A stretch of 64,000 bases of DNA from contig JBEKML010000002.1 of NCBI GenBank assembly GCA_050008535.1, positions 148,881 through 212,880 of the forward strand, read 5' to 3'. The translations under genes were made by a program, and so were the position numbers. Below are positions 28,394-38,507 of this stretch, one piece after another (position 1 is the first letter of the stretch; each line of letters opens with the position of its first letter). Source of the DNA: Minisyncoccia bacterium (GTDB lineage: Bacteria > Patescibacteriota > Minisyncoccia > UBA6257 > 2-01-FULL-56-20). The notes beneath the pieces are model-generated. The model was given only the letters and a program-made list of their open reading frames with translations, was not told where the DNA came from and searched no databases.

Positions 28394-29809
28394 ATGAAGC
28401 ATTTTGTGAAAAAGGGACAGATTGCCGTTGAACTTCTTTTCCTTTCGGCCGTGGTGGTTGCCATGATCGCGGGTTTTGTCTCGCTCGCGGCATCGCTCCT
28501 TCAGGTTTCCGTCCGAAACCAGAACAAACTGCAGGCGTTCACGATCGCCGAGGCGGGCGTTGAGTATTATCGGTGGCATCTCGCGCACGCCTCGCAGGAT
28601 TTTACCGACGGCACGGGCCATGCAGGGCCCTACGTCCATGCCTATTATGACAAGGATGGCGTGGAGATTGGCCAGTTCTCTTTGGATATCACGCCGCCGC
28701 CGCCGGGTTCCACGATCGTTATGATCACGAGCACCGGCAGCGTGCTTGCGGATGCAAGCGTGAAAAAAATCATTCAGGTGCGCATGGGCATCCCGTCTTT
28801 CGCGAAATATGCGTGGGTATTGAACGATTTTGTGGCATTCGGGACGGCCGCGCAGGTCTACGGCGCCATTAATTCAAATGCCGGCATCCATTTTGACGGC
28901 GTCGCGCACAATCTGGTCGCAAGTGCGCTTGCGACGACGACCGACCCGGATACGAGCAGCACCGAGTGGGCGGTCTTCACGCACGCAGGCGCGGACGATC
29001 CGCATCCTCCGACGCCCGTGAATTCCCGTCCGGATGTCTTTATGGCGGGAAGGACAACGGGGGTGCCCGCCATCGATTTCGCCGGCATCACCCAGGATCT
29101 TGCGACGATCAAGAACAGGGCGCAGGCAAGCGGCACGTACTTCGCGTCCAGCTCTGTTTTTGGCTATGACCTTGTGCTCGCCACAACCTCCTTTACGGTC
29201 TATAAGGTAACCGCCCTTATGGCGCCTCCTGCCAACTGCACAAATACCCAAAATCAACCCGGATGGGGACTCTGGACCATCCAAACCGAGTCATCTACGG
29301 CATATGCGACGGGTACGATCCCGCAGAATGGCAACATGTTCTTTGAGGATAACGTTTGGGTGAAGGGCCACGTGAACGGCGCGCGCGTGACGATCGCTTC
29401 GGGGCGTTTCCCCGACAATCCCACGACGCGATCCAGCATCATCGTGAACAACAGCTTGACCTACGCGAGCCAGAACGGCTCCGATACGATCGCGCTCATC
29501 GCGCAGAACAATATCAATGTGGGATATGCAAGCGACAACAATCTGACGATCGATGCGGCGCTCATCGCGCAGAACGGGTGGATCGGACGGTATTATTACG
29601 GTTCCGCATGCGGTTCTTCGTATACCCGCAACCAATTGACGACGCTCGGCATTATGGGAACCAATCTCCGCTCGGCGTTCTATTACGGCTCAAGCGGCTA
29701 CGATAGCCGCACCTATAATTACGATGTAAATTTATTGTATGCGCCGCCGCCGAGCTTCCCTTTGACCACCGACCAGTATTCGCTCATTTCCTGGCAGGAG
29801 CTACAATAA
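28394..29809 (+). CDS. Prepilin-type minor pilin (PilX-like, large)
   Basis: N-terminal KG-QIAVELLFLSAVVV with E at +5. Confidence 0.65.
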   Translation: MKHFVKKGQIAVELLFLSAVVVAMIAGFVSLAASLLQVSVRNQNKLQAFTIAEAGVEYYRWHLAHASQDFTDGTGHAGPYVHAYYDKDGVEIGQFSLDITPPPPGSTIVMITSTGSVLADASVKKIIQVRMGIPSFAKYAWVLNDFVAFGTAAQVYGAINSNAGIHFDGVAHNLVASALATTTDPDTSSTEWAVFTHAGADDPHPPTPVNSRPDVFMAGRTTGVPAIDFAGITQDLATIKNRAQASGTYFASSSVFGYDLVLATTSFTVYKVTALMAPPANCTNTQNQPGWGLWTIQTESSTAYATGTIPQNGNMFFEDNVWVKGHVNGARVTIASGRFPDNPTTRSSIIVNNSLTYASQNGSDTIALIAQNNINVGYASDNNLTIDAALIAQNGWIGRYYYGSACGSSYTRNQLTTLGIMGTNLRSAFYYGSSGYDSRTYNYDVNLLYAPPPSFPLTTDQYSLISWQELQ

Positions 29810-29816
29810 AAGGACG

Positions 29817-30284
29817 ATGCGGAAAGGGATGACCATCATTGAAATTGTGATCGTGATCGCGCTGATGGCGATTTTGACCGGCGTCTATTTTGTCGTGGCG
29901 AATCCGGCGGGGCAGCTTGCCTCGTCGCGGAACAGCGAGCGGAAATCTCACCTTCAGACAATCCTCAATGCGGTGAGGCAGAACATGGCCGACAATCGCG
30001 GGCAATTCCAGTGCTCCTCCGGGCCCATGCCAACATCGACAAAGCGGATGACCAGTGTCGCAGGGGTGGGGAACTACAATATTGCGCCGTGCCTCCTTGC
30101 ACCGGGCGGCATTCTTTTTACTATGCCATTTGATCCTTCGGCATCAAGTTCGCGCTATAATTCCGTCACCGATTACGATACTGCTTACACCATCATGATC
30201 AATGCTTCCGGCACCGTTACCCTGTTTGCGCCGTACACGGAAACCTCCACGAGGGTGACGAGCACTGTTACTGTTTCGGGATAA
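29817..30284 (+). CDS. Type IV pilin (candidate major pilin, PilA-like)
   Basis: N-terminal KG-MTIIEIVIVIALMAIL. 155 aa with a Cys pair in the C-terminal region. Confidence 0.7.
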   Translation: MRKGMTIIEIVIVIALMAILTGVYFVVANPAGQLASSRNSERKSHLQTILNAVRQNMADNRGQFQCSSGPMPTSTKRMTSVAGVGNYNIAPCLLAPGGILFTMPFDPSASSSRYNSVTDYDTAYTIMINASGTVTLFAPYTETSTRVTSTVTVSG

Positions 30285-31254
30285 ATGGCGGAAGGGTCAC
30301 TGGCCCGTATGTGGCGAGCGTTGTGCTGCCCGCAAGCGCGTTCAATTCGTAATAATATGTTTGTCCGAGGGTATTATCGACGATCTGGATGGAATACGAC
30401 TCACTTGGGTTTTCCTCTGCGAGGACGGTAGACCAAGAATCGCTCTGGTTTTGCGACCGGAGGACGAGAACACCCGTCGTTTGCGACGGCAAATTCTGCC
30501 ATCCTATTTCTATTTTTTGATCGATGTGTTGGACCCAAAAACTTCCCGCTTGCGAAGAGCCGTAACCCGAGATCTGCACTTGTGGCGTGTAATAGGGGAT
30601 GCCCTGCGGCGCCGGAGGGGGAGTTGAGGTCGGGGTGGTAGTGGGCGGCGTTCCCGTCTCGGGAGGGGGGCTATTTCCCGGATTTGGCGGGGAAGAAGAC
30701 GGCGTGGATGGCGGGGTTTCACCCGGCGGGTTCGACGCAGGAGGCGCAGAAGGAGTCGAAGTAGTGACGACGGGGGTCGTGGAAGATGAGATCCAGAGAA
30801 TGGTCTCGCCGAGCCCGTTTGTGGGATTTCCGTTGCCGTTCCCCGAGCCGTTATTCACCGCCTCTATATAAAAAGAATAATTGTTGAACGTGGCATTTCC
30901 TATATTGAACCCAATGCTTCCACTGCCGAACTCGCCGGCCGCGAGAGGGATCGTTTTCCAAAGCGACCAGTTATTTTTTCCTTTTGTGCTGCGGAAAATA
31001 TCCAGCGCGGCGGTATTTTCGGGAAGATTTTCCCATTGCACAGTGAGCGTATTCCCGCCCGCCGATTTTTGTATTGTGAGCGTTACGCTTGGCACTTTGG
31101 GAACTATGGGGGACGGCGCTGCGGCCGGCACGCCGTTCTCTGAAAAAAAGTCGTTGAAGAGCGGTACTTGGCTGCCCCAGCGGAGCATGGCAAAAAATGC
31201 GCCGCCGATGAGGATAAAGCATCCGAGAAGAAAAGCCATGAACCGCCTGCTCAT
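30268..31254 (-). CDS. Membrane-anchored surface protein with Pro/Thr/Ser-rich linker and duplicated domain
   Basis: N-terminal TM helix. PTS-rich linker (TPPTTTPTSTPPP). Two related WxNLP-containing domains. Tightly follows dnaX. Confidence 0.45.
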   Translation of the reverse strand: MSRRFMAFLLGCFILIGGAFFAMLRWGSQVPLFNDFFSENGVPAAAPSPIVPKVPSVTLTIQKSAGGNTLTVQWENLPENTAALDIFRSTKGKNNWSLWKTIPLAAGEFGSGSIGFNIGNATFNNYSFYIEAVNNGSGNGNGNPTNGLGETILWISSSTTPVVTTSTPSAPPASNPPGETPPSTPSSSPPNPGNSPPPETGTPPTTTPTSTPPPAPQGIPYYTPQVQISGYGSSQAGSFWVQHIDQKIEIGWQNLPSQTTGVLVLRSQNQSDSWSTVLAEENPSESYSIQIVDNTLGQTYYYELNALAGSTTLATYGPVTLPPFIPKQ

Positions 31255-31260
31255 CGTGTT

Positions 31261-32364
31261 TTATGAAAGATTTTCCACAAGCGCGATTTCAAACGGCACT
31301 ACGGCAAAGGGCGAGTAGCGCATTTCGGTGTAAGCGCGGATGAACGATTTGATGAGCTTTACGAGGAACGCGACGTCGGCTGCGGCGGCCAGTTTTTTTG
31401 CGGCAGCGATCTCGTCGCGCGTAAGTTCTTTTTCGAACGTCTTTTCGAGCGACGGATTCACCTTGAGCGAGAGCACTTTGCGGAGATAGTGAATAAGGTC
31501 TTTCACGAATTGAACGAGGTTATATCCTTCGTCGTTCAAAAGGGAAAGGTATTCCAAGGCGTTCTTCAGGTCCTTTGCGAGAAGGAGGGCGCTGAGTTCG
31601 TGGATCTTTTTGAACCCCGTGCGGCCGGTCAGGCGCTCCGCGATTGCAAGGTCAATGTGCGCCGCAAGCGAGGACATCTGGTCCAGGAGCGATTCGGCGT
31701 CGCGGAAGCTGCCCTCGGCGGCGGCGGCAATGAGTTCCAGCGCCGGCTCTTCTATTTTTATTTTCTCCGCTTTCGCGATCGTGGCGAGCTTTCCCATGAT
31801 GACCGTCTTTGACAGTTTTTTGAAGGTGAATCGTTGTGCGCGCGAGGTGATCGTCGCGGGCAGTTTTTCGTATTCCGTCGTCGCGAGCACGATCACTGCG
31901 TGGCGCGGCGGTTCTTCGAGTGTCTTTAAAAGGGCGTTGAACGCGGCGCCGGTCAGCATGTGCGCTTCATCAATGATATACACCTTGTGCGCGGCGGCGG
32001 CAGGGGAAGTTTTTATGCTTTCTTTCAGATTGCGGATCTCGTCAATGCCGCGGTTGGAAGCGGCGTCTATCTCGATCACGTCAAAAGAGTTCTGCGCATC
32101 TATCTCGCGGCACTCGCGGCATTCGTTGCAGGGCTCGCCGAGTTTTGCGAACTCGGGGTCGCTGCGCCGCTTTTCGCAGTTGAGGAGCTTTGCCAGGAGC
32201 CGGGCCGTCGTTGTTTTCCCCGTCCCGCGGGGGCCGTGGAATATATAGGCCTGCCCCAGCCGCCCGGATTTTGCGGCATTTTTCAATATCAGAACATTCG
32301 TTTCCTGCCCCAGAACCTCCTCCAGCTTTTTGGGCCGATACTTCCGGTAAAGCGCTTGCGCCAT
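31261..32364 (-). CDS. dnaX: DNA polymerase III subunit gamma/tau (short)
   Basis: YRPKKLEEVLGQE, GPRGTGKTT, the zinc module CNECRECREI, and TITSRAQRF. The ORF-track start at 32637 is an upstream extension; the conserved N-terminus MAQALYRKYRP begins at 32364. Confidence 0.85.
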   Translation of the reverse strand: MAQALYRKYRPKKLEEVLGQETNVLILKNAAKSGRLGQAYIFHGPRGTGKTTTARLLAKLLNCEKRRSDPEFAKLGEPCNECRECREIDAQNSFDVIEIDAASNRGIDEIRNLKESIKTSPAAAAHKVYIIDEAHMLTGAAFNALLKTLEEPPRHAVIVLATTEYEKLPATITSRAQRFTFKKLSKTVIMGKLATIAKAEKIKIEEPALELIAAAAEGSFRDAESLLDQMSSLAAHIDLAIAERLTGRTGFKKIHELSALLLAKDLKNALEYLSLLNDEGYNLVQFVKDLIHYLRKVLSLKVNPSLEKTFEKELTRDEIAAAKKLAAAADVAFLVKLIKSFIRAYTEMRYSPFAVVPFEIALVENLS

Positions 32365-32424
32365 TACGAAAATTATAGGCAATATCGTTGATTTCGGCAA
32401 TTTTTTCCCGTATGATGGAAATAT

Positions 32425-33774
32425 ATGAAGTTCGTCTTCGGCGTCATAGTGGTTGTTCTCGTCTTGGCCGCCGGGACTTTTTTGTTTTCGCGCGAAAATA
32501 ACGTTGTGATCGTTCCGGCCGGCGGCGCGAGCGCCAGCACGGGTACCACGACAGAAGCCGCGACGAATACTGCTTCGTCCACGCTCCCTGCGGTACCAGA
32601 GGCACCATTGCCAACGTCCACCAGCATTTCGATACATAGCACGAACGACTTGCCGCCCCAGCCGCAGCTCGCGAACCCGCCCGCGATCGTAAAAGGGATC
32701 TATCTTACTGGTTGGTCTGCGGGATCTGCATCAAAAGTGGCATCTACCATCAATTTGATAAAAAGCACCGAATTGAATTCCGTCGTCGTGGATATCAAGG
32801 ATTATTCCGGCTACGTGTCGTATGTGATGGATGTGCCGGAGGCGAGGGCGTCCGGTGCGGAGGGCGAGTTGCGCATCGCGCGCCCGAACGCGCTCATCAA
32901 GGAGCTGCACGACAACGGCATCTATGTGATCGGCCGCATCACGTGCTTCCAGGATCCGATCCTCGCGAAAGCGCATCCTGAGTGGGCGTTGCAGAATAAG
33001 AAAACAGGCGCGGTGTGGACCGACAACAAGGGGCTTGCGTGGATGGATCCCGCCGCGCAGCCAGTGCGGGATTATCTCGCTGCGATTACAAAAGACGCTT
33101 TTGCGCGCGGCTTTGATGAAATACAATATGACTATACCCGCTTCGCTTCCGACGGCTCGCTCGGCAACATCTCGTATCCATACTGGGACGGGAAAACGCC
33201 GATGGCGACGGTGATCGCAAGCTATTTCAAATTCCTGCGGGAACAATTCCCCACCCAGAAGCTCTCTGCCGATCTCTTTGGTCTTGCCACTATAAATAAC
33301 GACGACCTGGGCATCGGGCAGGTCATTCAAAGCGCATATGAATATTTTGATTACGTTTCGCCAATGGTGTATCCATCGCACTATGCTACGGGCTTCCTGG
33401 GTTATAAAAATCCTGCGAGCTATCCTTATGAAGTAATCGATTATTCGCTCACGCATGCAGTGGCGAAGCTCGTTGCTATGGGGAACAGCAATTCTACGGC
33501 GCCTGTGGCGAGCGGCACCGCGAACGCCTCGGGTACCGTCCCTGCCGTGAAGTATTCTCCATTCAATCTCGGCTACATTCCCAATAGCAAGCTCCGCCCG
33601 TGGCTCCAGGATTTTGATCTGAACGGCGTGCCCTACACGGCCGCGATGGTGCGCAAGGAAAAACAGGCGGTCTACGATGTTTTAAATACTACGAGTTCAA
33701 GCCAATATTACGGTGGCTGGCTCTTATGGGATGCGGCAAATACCTATACCACGGGAGCGCTGGACCCTAAATAA
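32425..33774 (+). CDS. Putative glycoside hydrolase-like protein (DUF4015/GHL10-like), membrane-anchored
   Basis: N-terminal TM helix and the KGIYLTGWSAGS...VVDIKDYSGYVSY pattern. Confidence 0.4.
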   Translation: MKFVFGVIVVVLVLAAGTFLFSRENNVVIVPAGGASASTGTTTEAATNTASSTLPAVPEAPLPTSTSISIHSTNDLPPQPQLANPPAIVKGIYLTGWSAGSASKVASTINLIKSTELNSVVVDIKDYSGYVSYVMDVPEARASGAEGELRIARPNALIKELHDNGIYVIGRITCFQDPILAKAHPEWALQNKKTGAVWTDNKGLAWMDPAAQPVRDYLAAITKDAFARGFDEIQYDYTRFASDGSLGNISYPYWDGKTPMATVIASYFKFLREQFPTQKLSADLFGLATINNDDLGIGQVIQSAYEYFDYVSPMVYPSHYATGFLGYKNPASYPYEVIDYSLTHAVAKLVAMGNSNSTAPVASGTANASGTVPAVKYSPFNLGYIPNSKLRPWLQDFDLNGVPYTAAMVRKEKQAVYDVLNTTSSSQYYGGWLLWDAANTYTTGALDPK

Positions 33775-33776
33775 AC

Positions 33777-34538
33777 ATGCCCTACGAGATCAAGACCGAA
33801 CAATTCAGCGGGCCGCTTGAAAAATTGCTTGAGTTGATCGAGGCGGAGAAACTCGGCGTGAACGAGGTGAGCTTGGCGAAGGTCACCGACGGCTTTTTGA
33901 AATATTTAGAAAAATTCCGCACGGGCGGGGGAGGGGAGGAAAGGTTCCGCGTGGACATGCGCATTCTCGCGGATTTCATCGCCATCGCAAGCCGCCTTAT
34001 TTTCTTGAAGTCAAAGCATCTTTTGCCCGGCCTTGCGCTCACAGGCGAAGAGGAAGCGGACATCAAGGACCTTGAAGAACGCCTCGCGCGGTACCAGGCC
34101 CTGAAACCGGCGATAAAGCATCTCCGCGCGCTCTGGCGGGAAAATCATCGCTCGTACAGCCGGCCGTACTTTTTGGGGCGCGGCGGGGGGTTCGCGGCAG
34201 GGCAGGCAGTATTCTACCCTGGAAAAAATATAGATATTGCGGGCCTTCGGAGCGCATTGGAGAAAATCTTTGAAACCGTGACCGCCTATGCGTTCGAGAC
34301 CGAGACGATCAAGGAAAAAATCATTTCGCTTGAGGAGAAGATTTCGGAGGTTTTGAACCGCCTCCGGGACGAAGGCAATCTGCAATTCAGGCGCCTCTCC
34401 AGCGAGAAGTCGCGCTCAGAGGCCATCGTTGTTTTCCTTGCGATCCTCCATCTTGCCCGCGAGCAGCTTATCCTCTTGGAGCAAATGGAGAATTTTTCTG
34501 ATATAATGGTCAAGAAAAATGAGCGAAGCTCCGTCTGA
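33777..34538 (+). CDS. scpA: Segregation and condensation protein A
   Basis: FSGPLEKLLELIEAEKLGVNEVSLAKVTDGFLKYL and LIFLKSKHLLP blocks. Confidence 0.8.
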   Translation: MPYEIKTEQFSGPLEKLLELIEAEKLGVNEVSLAKVTDGFLKYLEKFRTGGGGEERFRVDMRILADFIAIASRLIFLKSKHLLPGLALTGEEEADIKDLEERLARYQALKPAIKHLRALWRENHRSYSRPYFLGRGGGFAAGQAVFYPGKNIDIAGLRSALEKIFETVTAYAFETETIKEKIISLEEKISEVLNRLRDEGNLQFRRLSSEKSRSEAIVVFLAILHLAREQLILLEQMENFSDIMVKKNERSSV

Positions 34539-35157
34539 TAAAAAACTGGCATCCTTTGAGGCACTCCTCTTCATCCACGGGGAGCCATTGTCATACAAAA
34601 AAATAGAGTCGGTTTTGGGGTTGAAAAAAGGGGAAGCGGAAGTGCTTGCCGCCGGGTTCAAAAAGCATCTGGAGGAAGCGGGACGCGGCCTGCAGCTCAT
34701 CTCCGACAAGGAAAAAGTCCAGCTCGCGACGAAGCCGGAATTCAATAAGATCGTGGAGGACTTCGTGAAAGACGAGCTTACGGAGGATCTCTCGCCGGCC
34801 TCGCTTGAGGCGCTCGCGATCGTCGCGTACCTCGGTCCCATCTCGCGCGCGAAGCTTGAATATCTCCGCGGCGTGAATTCTATCGTCATTTTGCGGAGCT
34901 TGATGATCCGCGGCCTTGTTGAACGGCTTCCCGATCCGGAGCATCCCTCTGGGTTCCTCTATCGGCCGACGTTTGAATTGATGAAGCATTTGGGGCTCGC
35001 TACGAAAGAAGACATGCCCGAATACGAAAAATTCCAGGAGCTCCTGAAAGTGTTTGAGGCACAGAACGTGCCGGAGGCGTCTGCCGCGCCGTCTGCGGGG
35101 GCGATGCCCGGGACGGCGGACGGAGCGCCTTCCGCAGGGCAAGAAACAACCCAATGA
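34519..35157 (+). CDS. scpB: Segregation and condensation protein B
   Basis: ALLFIHGEPLSYKKIESVL and SPASLEALAIVAYLGPISRAKLEYLRGVNS blocks. Confidence 0.8.
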   Translation: MSEAPSDKKLASFEALLFIHGEPLSYKKIESVLGLKKGEAEVLAAGFKKHLEEAGRGLQLISDKEKVQLATKPEFNKIVEDFVKDELTEDLSPASLEALAIVAYLGPISRAKLEYLRGVNSIVILRSLMIRGLVERLPDPEHPSGFLYRPTFELMKHLGLATKEDMPEYEKFQELLKVFEAQNVPEASAAPSAGAMPGTADGAPSAGQETTQ

Positions 35158-36128
35158 ACAATTATTTTCCGAAATTTGCGTTCTTGATAGTGATGATCGG
35201 CGCGGTTTTGTTTTCCCGCATGGCCTATCCGGCGGCTGCTCCCACAACGCTTGCTGAAATGAATAGCGCAAAGCCTAGCGCACAAAGCGGAGAAGTGCCG
35301 CTGTTCGTCCTGCCGCAAGTTGTGGTCTCTGCGCAAGGCGGTGCAGGGGACGCGAGCAGTGCTGATGCGAATGTTCCCGCGCCGCTCTCCACGCGAATCG
35401 CTCCGCCGCCTGCGCTTCAGGATGCCGCAGTTCTTGCCGCGGACCTTAAAACGGGAACTGCGTATGATGCAGTGAATACCGATCGGCGTTGGCCGACCGC
35501 CTCGCTCACAAAACTGATGTCGGCCACCATTATTGAAGACAAGCTTGATCCGAGCACAAGGATCACCATTACCGAAAATATGTTCGCCGCCGATCCGCAG
35601 GAGCAGACACTCGTCGTGGGAGGGACCTACACCGTTTCCGATCTTTTGCGCTTCATGCTTCTGCCCTCTTCGAACGTCGCTGCGGAGGCGGTTGCCGCAT
35701 TTTACGGAAGGGATGCATTTCTTGCGGAAATGAACGCGCGTGCTGCGGCATGGGGGATGGAAGATGCTCATTTCGACGATCCTTCCGGCATTTCCGCCGG
35801 CGACCAATCCACGGCGAACGATTTTTTGAAGCTCGCGCAAAAAATTTATGCCGATTATCCGCAAATATTCCAAATAAGCCGGACGCCGCAAGTTTCCATC
35901 ACCGAGGAGAATTCGGGGAAGAAGATCGTAATAAAAAGCATCAACAGTTTCGCGGGCGAACCGGACTTCGTGGGCGGTAAGACCGGCCGTACCGACCAGG
36001 CTGGCGGCAACCTTCTCTCCGTGTTCCGCAACGGAAGCAAAACGTTTTTCATAGTGGTTTTGGGCAGCGACGACCGCTTCGGCGACACGCAAAAGCTGCA
36101 TGATTGGCTTATGGCAAATTTCAAATAA
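35154..36128 (+). CDS. D-alanyl-D-alanine carboxypeptidase (S11, PBP5/6-like)
   Basis: SxxK (ASLTK), SxN (SSN) and KTG (GGKTGRT) motifs, with a signal/anchor at the N-terminus. Confidence 0.75.
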   Translation: MNNYFPKFAFLIVMIGAVLFSRMAYPAAAPTTLAEMNSAKPSAQSGEVPLFVLPQVVVSAQGGAGDASSADANVPAPLSTRIAPPPALQDAAVLAADLKTGTAYDAVNTDRRWPTASLTKLMSATIIEDKLDPSTRITITENMFAADPQEQTLVVGGTYTVSDLLRFMLLPSSNVAAEAVAAFYGRDAFLAEMNARAAAWGMEDAHFDDPSGISAGDQSTANDFLKLAQKIYADYPQIFQISRTPQVSITEENSGKKIVIKSINSFAGEPDFVGGKTGRTDQAGGNLLSVFRNGSKTFFIVVLGSDDRFGDTQKLHDWLMANFK

Positions 36129-36134
36129 ACCAAC

Positions 36135-37190
36135 ATGGACCTTCTCGCGCAAACGATACGGGTGATGGTGCTTACGACGATAGCGTTCTTTGTGGCGCTC
36201 TTTGTCACACCGCTTTGGTACCGATTTTTAAAAAAGAAACACTTTGATAAGCAGCTTCGCGAAGAATCCGCCGCGCCGGTATTTTATGAACTGCACAAAA
36301 AGAAAGTGGGAACCCCGACCGGCGGCGGCGTCATTATCTGGTCCACGGTCATCGGGCTCGCTGCCATTTTCGGCATCTTGAACAGGATCTTTGACGGTCG
36401 GGTGTGGCACTACCTCAACTTCATCAATCGCGCGGAGACCTATCTTCCGCTCGCGGCGCTTTTGGGAGCGGCGCTCCTCGGCCTTCTGGATGATTGGCTG
36501 GGGGCTTTGAAGGTCGGCGGCGCCCCCGGCGGGGGACTGAAAGTCCGGCAAAAATCCATCCTTTATCTTGCGATCGCCTTTATCGGCGCCTGGTGGTTCT
36601 ACTTCCGCTTGGGCTGGGACGTGATCAACGTACCGTTTTTCGGCAGTTTTCAGATCGGCTGGTGGTATATCCCCATTTTCATTTTTATTATTTTCGCAAG
36701 CGCCTTCTCGGCGAACGAAACGGACGGTTTGGACGGTCTCCTTGGCGGCGTATCGCTCTTTGCGTTCGTCGCCTTGACGACCGTTGCCTTCGTCCTTCAT
36801 CGTTATGACCTCGCCGTCTTCGGCGGCGCCATGGTCGGGGCACTGCTTGCGTTCCTTTGGAACAATATCTATCCGGCGAAATTTTTCATGGGCGATACCG
36901 GCTCAATGTCCCTGGGCATCACGATCGGCATCGTTGCGATGCTCACGAACACCACGCTCCTCCTCCCGTTCTTCGTGATCATCCTCGTCGTTGAATCGCT
37001 TTCCGTCATTATCCAGATAGCTTCAAAAAAATTGCGGGGCGGCAAGAAGATCTTCCGTTCCACGCCTATCCACCATCACTTTGAGGCGTTGGGCTGGCCC
37101 GAATCGCAGGTCACCATGCGCTTTTGGATCGTTTCCGCCATCTTTTGCACGCTCGGCCTCGTCATCTTTTTCCTCTCGCTCGCGCCGTAG
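36135..37190 (+). CDS. mraY: Phospho-N-acetylmuramoyl-pentapeptide transferase
   Basis: NETDGLDGL, GDTGSMSLG and PIHHHFE motifs. Confidence 0.9.
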   Translation: MDLLAQTIRVMVLTTIAFFVALFVTPLWYRFLKKKHFDKQLREESAAPVFYELHKKKVGTPTGGGVIIWSTVIGLAAIFGILNRIFDGRVWHYLNFINRAETYLPLAALLGAALLGLLDDWLGALKVGGAPGGGLKVRQKSILYLAIAFIGAWWFYFRLGWDVINVPFFGSFQIGWWYIPIFIFIIFASAFSANETDGLDGLLGGVSLFAFVALTTVAFVLHRYDLAVFGGAMVGALLAFLWNNIYPAKFFMGDTGSMSLGITIGIVAMLTNTTLLLPFFVIILVVESLSVIIQIASKKLRGGKKIFRSTPIHHHFEALGWPESQVTMRFWIVSAIFCTLGLVIFFLSLAP

Positions 37191-37244
37191 GAGCAGGGTA
37201 TGCAGCTTGCTCCTTAAGAAATAGTTTGCTATACTGCGTCTCGT

Positions 37245-38021
37245 ATGCCAGAAGAAGCTTTGATGTACCCAACGGAGGCTTCCCGCGAAATGATCGACGC
37301 GGGAGTTTTCTATGGCCGGAAAAAGAGCAAGACGAATCCGAAGATGCGGCAGTTCGTTCTCACGAATCGCGGCGGCATTGAGATCATCAATTTGCAAAAG
37401 ACCGGAGAAGCATTGGAGCAGGCGCTCGGCTTTATCAAAGAAAAAGTGCGGCAGAACGCCCTCGTGCTTCTTGTGGGCACCGAGCCGGCCGCCGAGGCGT
37501 CCGTTACGCGGCTCGCAAAAAAGTTCAATGTTCCCTATGTTGTTTCCCGCTGGGTGGGTGGCACGATCACGAATTTCAAGATCATTGCGAAGCGCATAGA
37601 GTACCTGAAGAAGCTGCGAAGCGATTTCGCATCGGGCGCGTTGGAAAAGTATACTAAGAAAGAGCGGCTTGAGCTTGAGCGCGAGATGAAACGGCTCACG
37701 GAGCTCATGGGCGGCCTTGAAAATTTTTCCCGCGAACCCGATATCGTCATTATGGTAAATCCTACGTTGCATCACACCGCATTGCGCGAAGCACGCCATA
37801 AGCATATTCCGATCGTCGCGCTGGGGAATGTGGATGCCGATCCCGACGACATTGATTATCTTGTTCCGGGGAACGATAAGGCGAAGAAAGGCATCGATTG
37901 GTTTTTTGAGAAGGTGGAGAAGGCGATCGACGAAGGGATTGCGACGCGCGCGGCAGCGCCAGCGGCACCGGCGGCGGATCAGGAAGGCACAGAGAAGGGG
38001 CCGAAAGCGGAGGAGAAGTAA
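37245..38021 (+). CDS. rpsB: 30S ribosomal protein S2
   Basis: AGVFYGRKKSKTNPKM...GGIEIINLQKT and WVGGTITNF blocks. Confidence 0.85.
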   Translation: MPEEALMYPTEASREMIDAGVFYGRKKSKTNPKMRQFVLTNRGGIEIINLQKTGEALEQALGFIKEKVRQNALVLLVGTEPAAEASVTRLAKKFNVPYVVSRWVGGTITNFKIIAKRIEYLKKLRSDFASGALEKYTKKERLELEREMKRLTELMGGLENFSREPDIVIMVNPTLHHTALREARHKHIPIVALGNVDADPDDIDYLVPGNDKAKKGIDWFFEKVEKAIDEGIATRAAAPAAPAADQEGTEKGPKAEEK

Positions 38022-38037
38022 TAAGTAAATTAAAAAC

Positions 38038-38499
38038 ATGAAAAGCAAAAATGAAGTGACGGCGGAAGCGGTGCAAACGCTGCGCGAGGCGACGGGCGCC
38101 GGCGTCATGGATTGCCGGAAGGCGCTTCTTGAGGCGAAGGGCGATTTCGAGGAAGCGAAGAAGATCATCCACGAAAAAGGGCTTTCCAAGGTGGAAAAAC
38201 GCGCCGGACGCGAAACGGGCGCGGGGCTCGTGCACTCTTACGTGCACAACGAGCGCATCGGGGTTCTCTTGGATCTCCGCGCGGAGACGGATTTTGTGGT
38301 CCGTTCGGAACCGTTCCAAAAATTGGCGCACGAGCTCGCCATGCAGATCGCTGCGGCGAATCCCGCGGACGTAACCGCGCTTTTGGCGCAGCCTTACATC
38401 AAAGACGAATCCCGCACGGTGAAAGACATCGTAAACGACGTCATCGCGAAAGTGGGGGAGAACATCTCCGTGAACAAGTTTTCGCGAATTGAAGTATAA
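38038..38499 (+). CDS. tsf: Elongation factor Ts (short form)
   Basis: VTAEAVQTLREATGAGVMDCRKAL and TDFVVRSE blocks. Confidence 0.85.
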   Translation: MKSKNEVTAEAVQTLREATGAGVMDCRKALLEAKGDFEEAKKIIHEKGLSKVEKRAGRETGAGLVHSYVHNERIGVLLDLRAETDFVVRSEPFQKLAHELAMQIAAANPADVTALLAQPYIKDESRTVKDIVNDVIAKVGENISVNKFSRIEV

Positions 38500-38507
38500 T
38501 AGAAGCC

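Noticed and set aside
31261-32637. 458-aa form of dnaX with 91 extra N-terminal codons
   Set aside because: The conserved DnaX N-terminus MAQALYRKYRP starts at 32364. The extension is Arg/Gly-rich with no homology.
34959-36152. 397-aa minus-strand ORF across scpB and the dacA-like gene
   Set aside because: Antisense artefact.
37023-38189. 388-aa minus-strand ORF across mraY and rpsB
   Set aside because: Antisense to two strongly supported genes.
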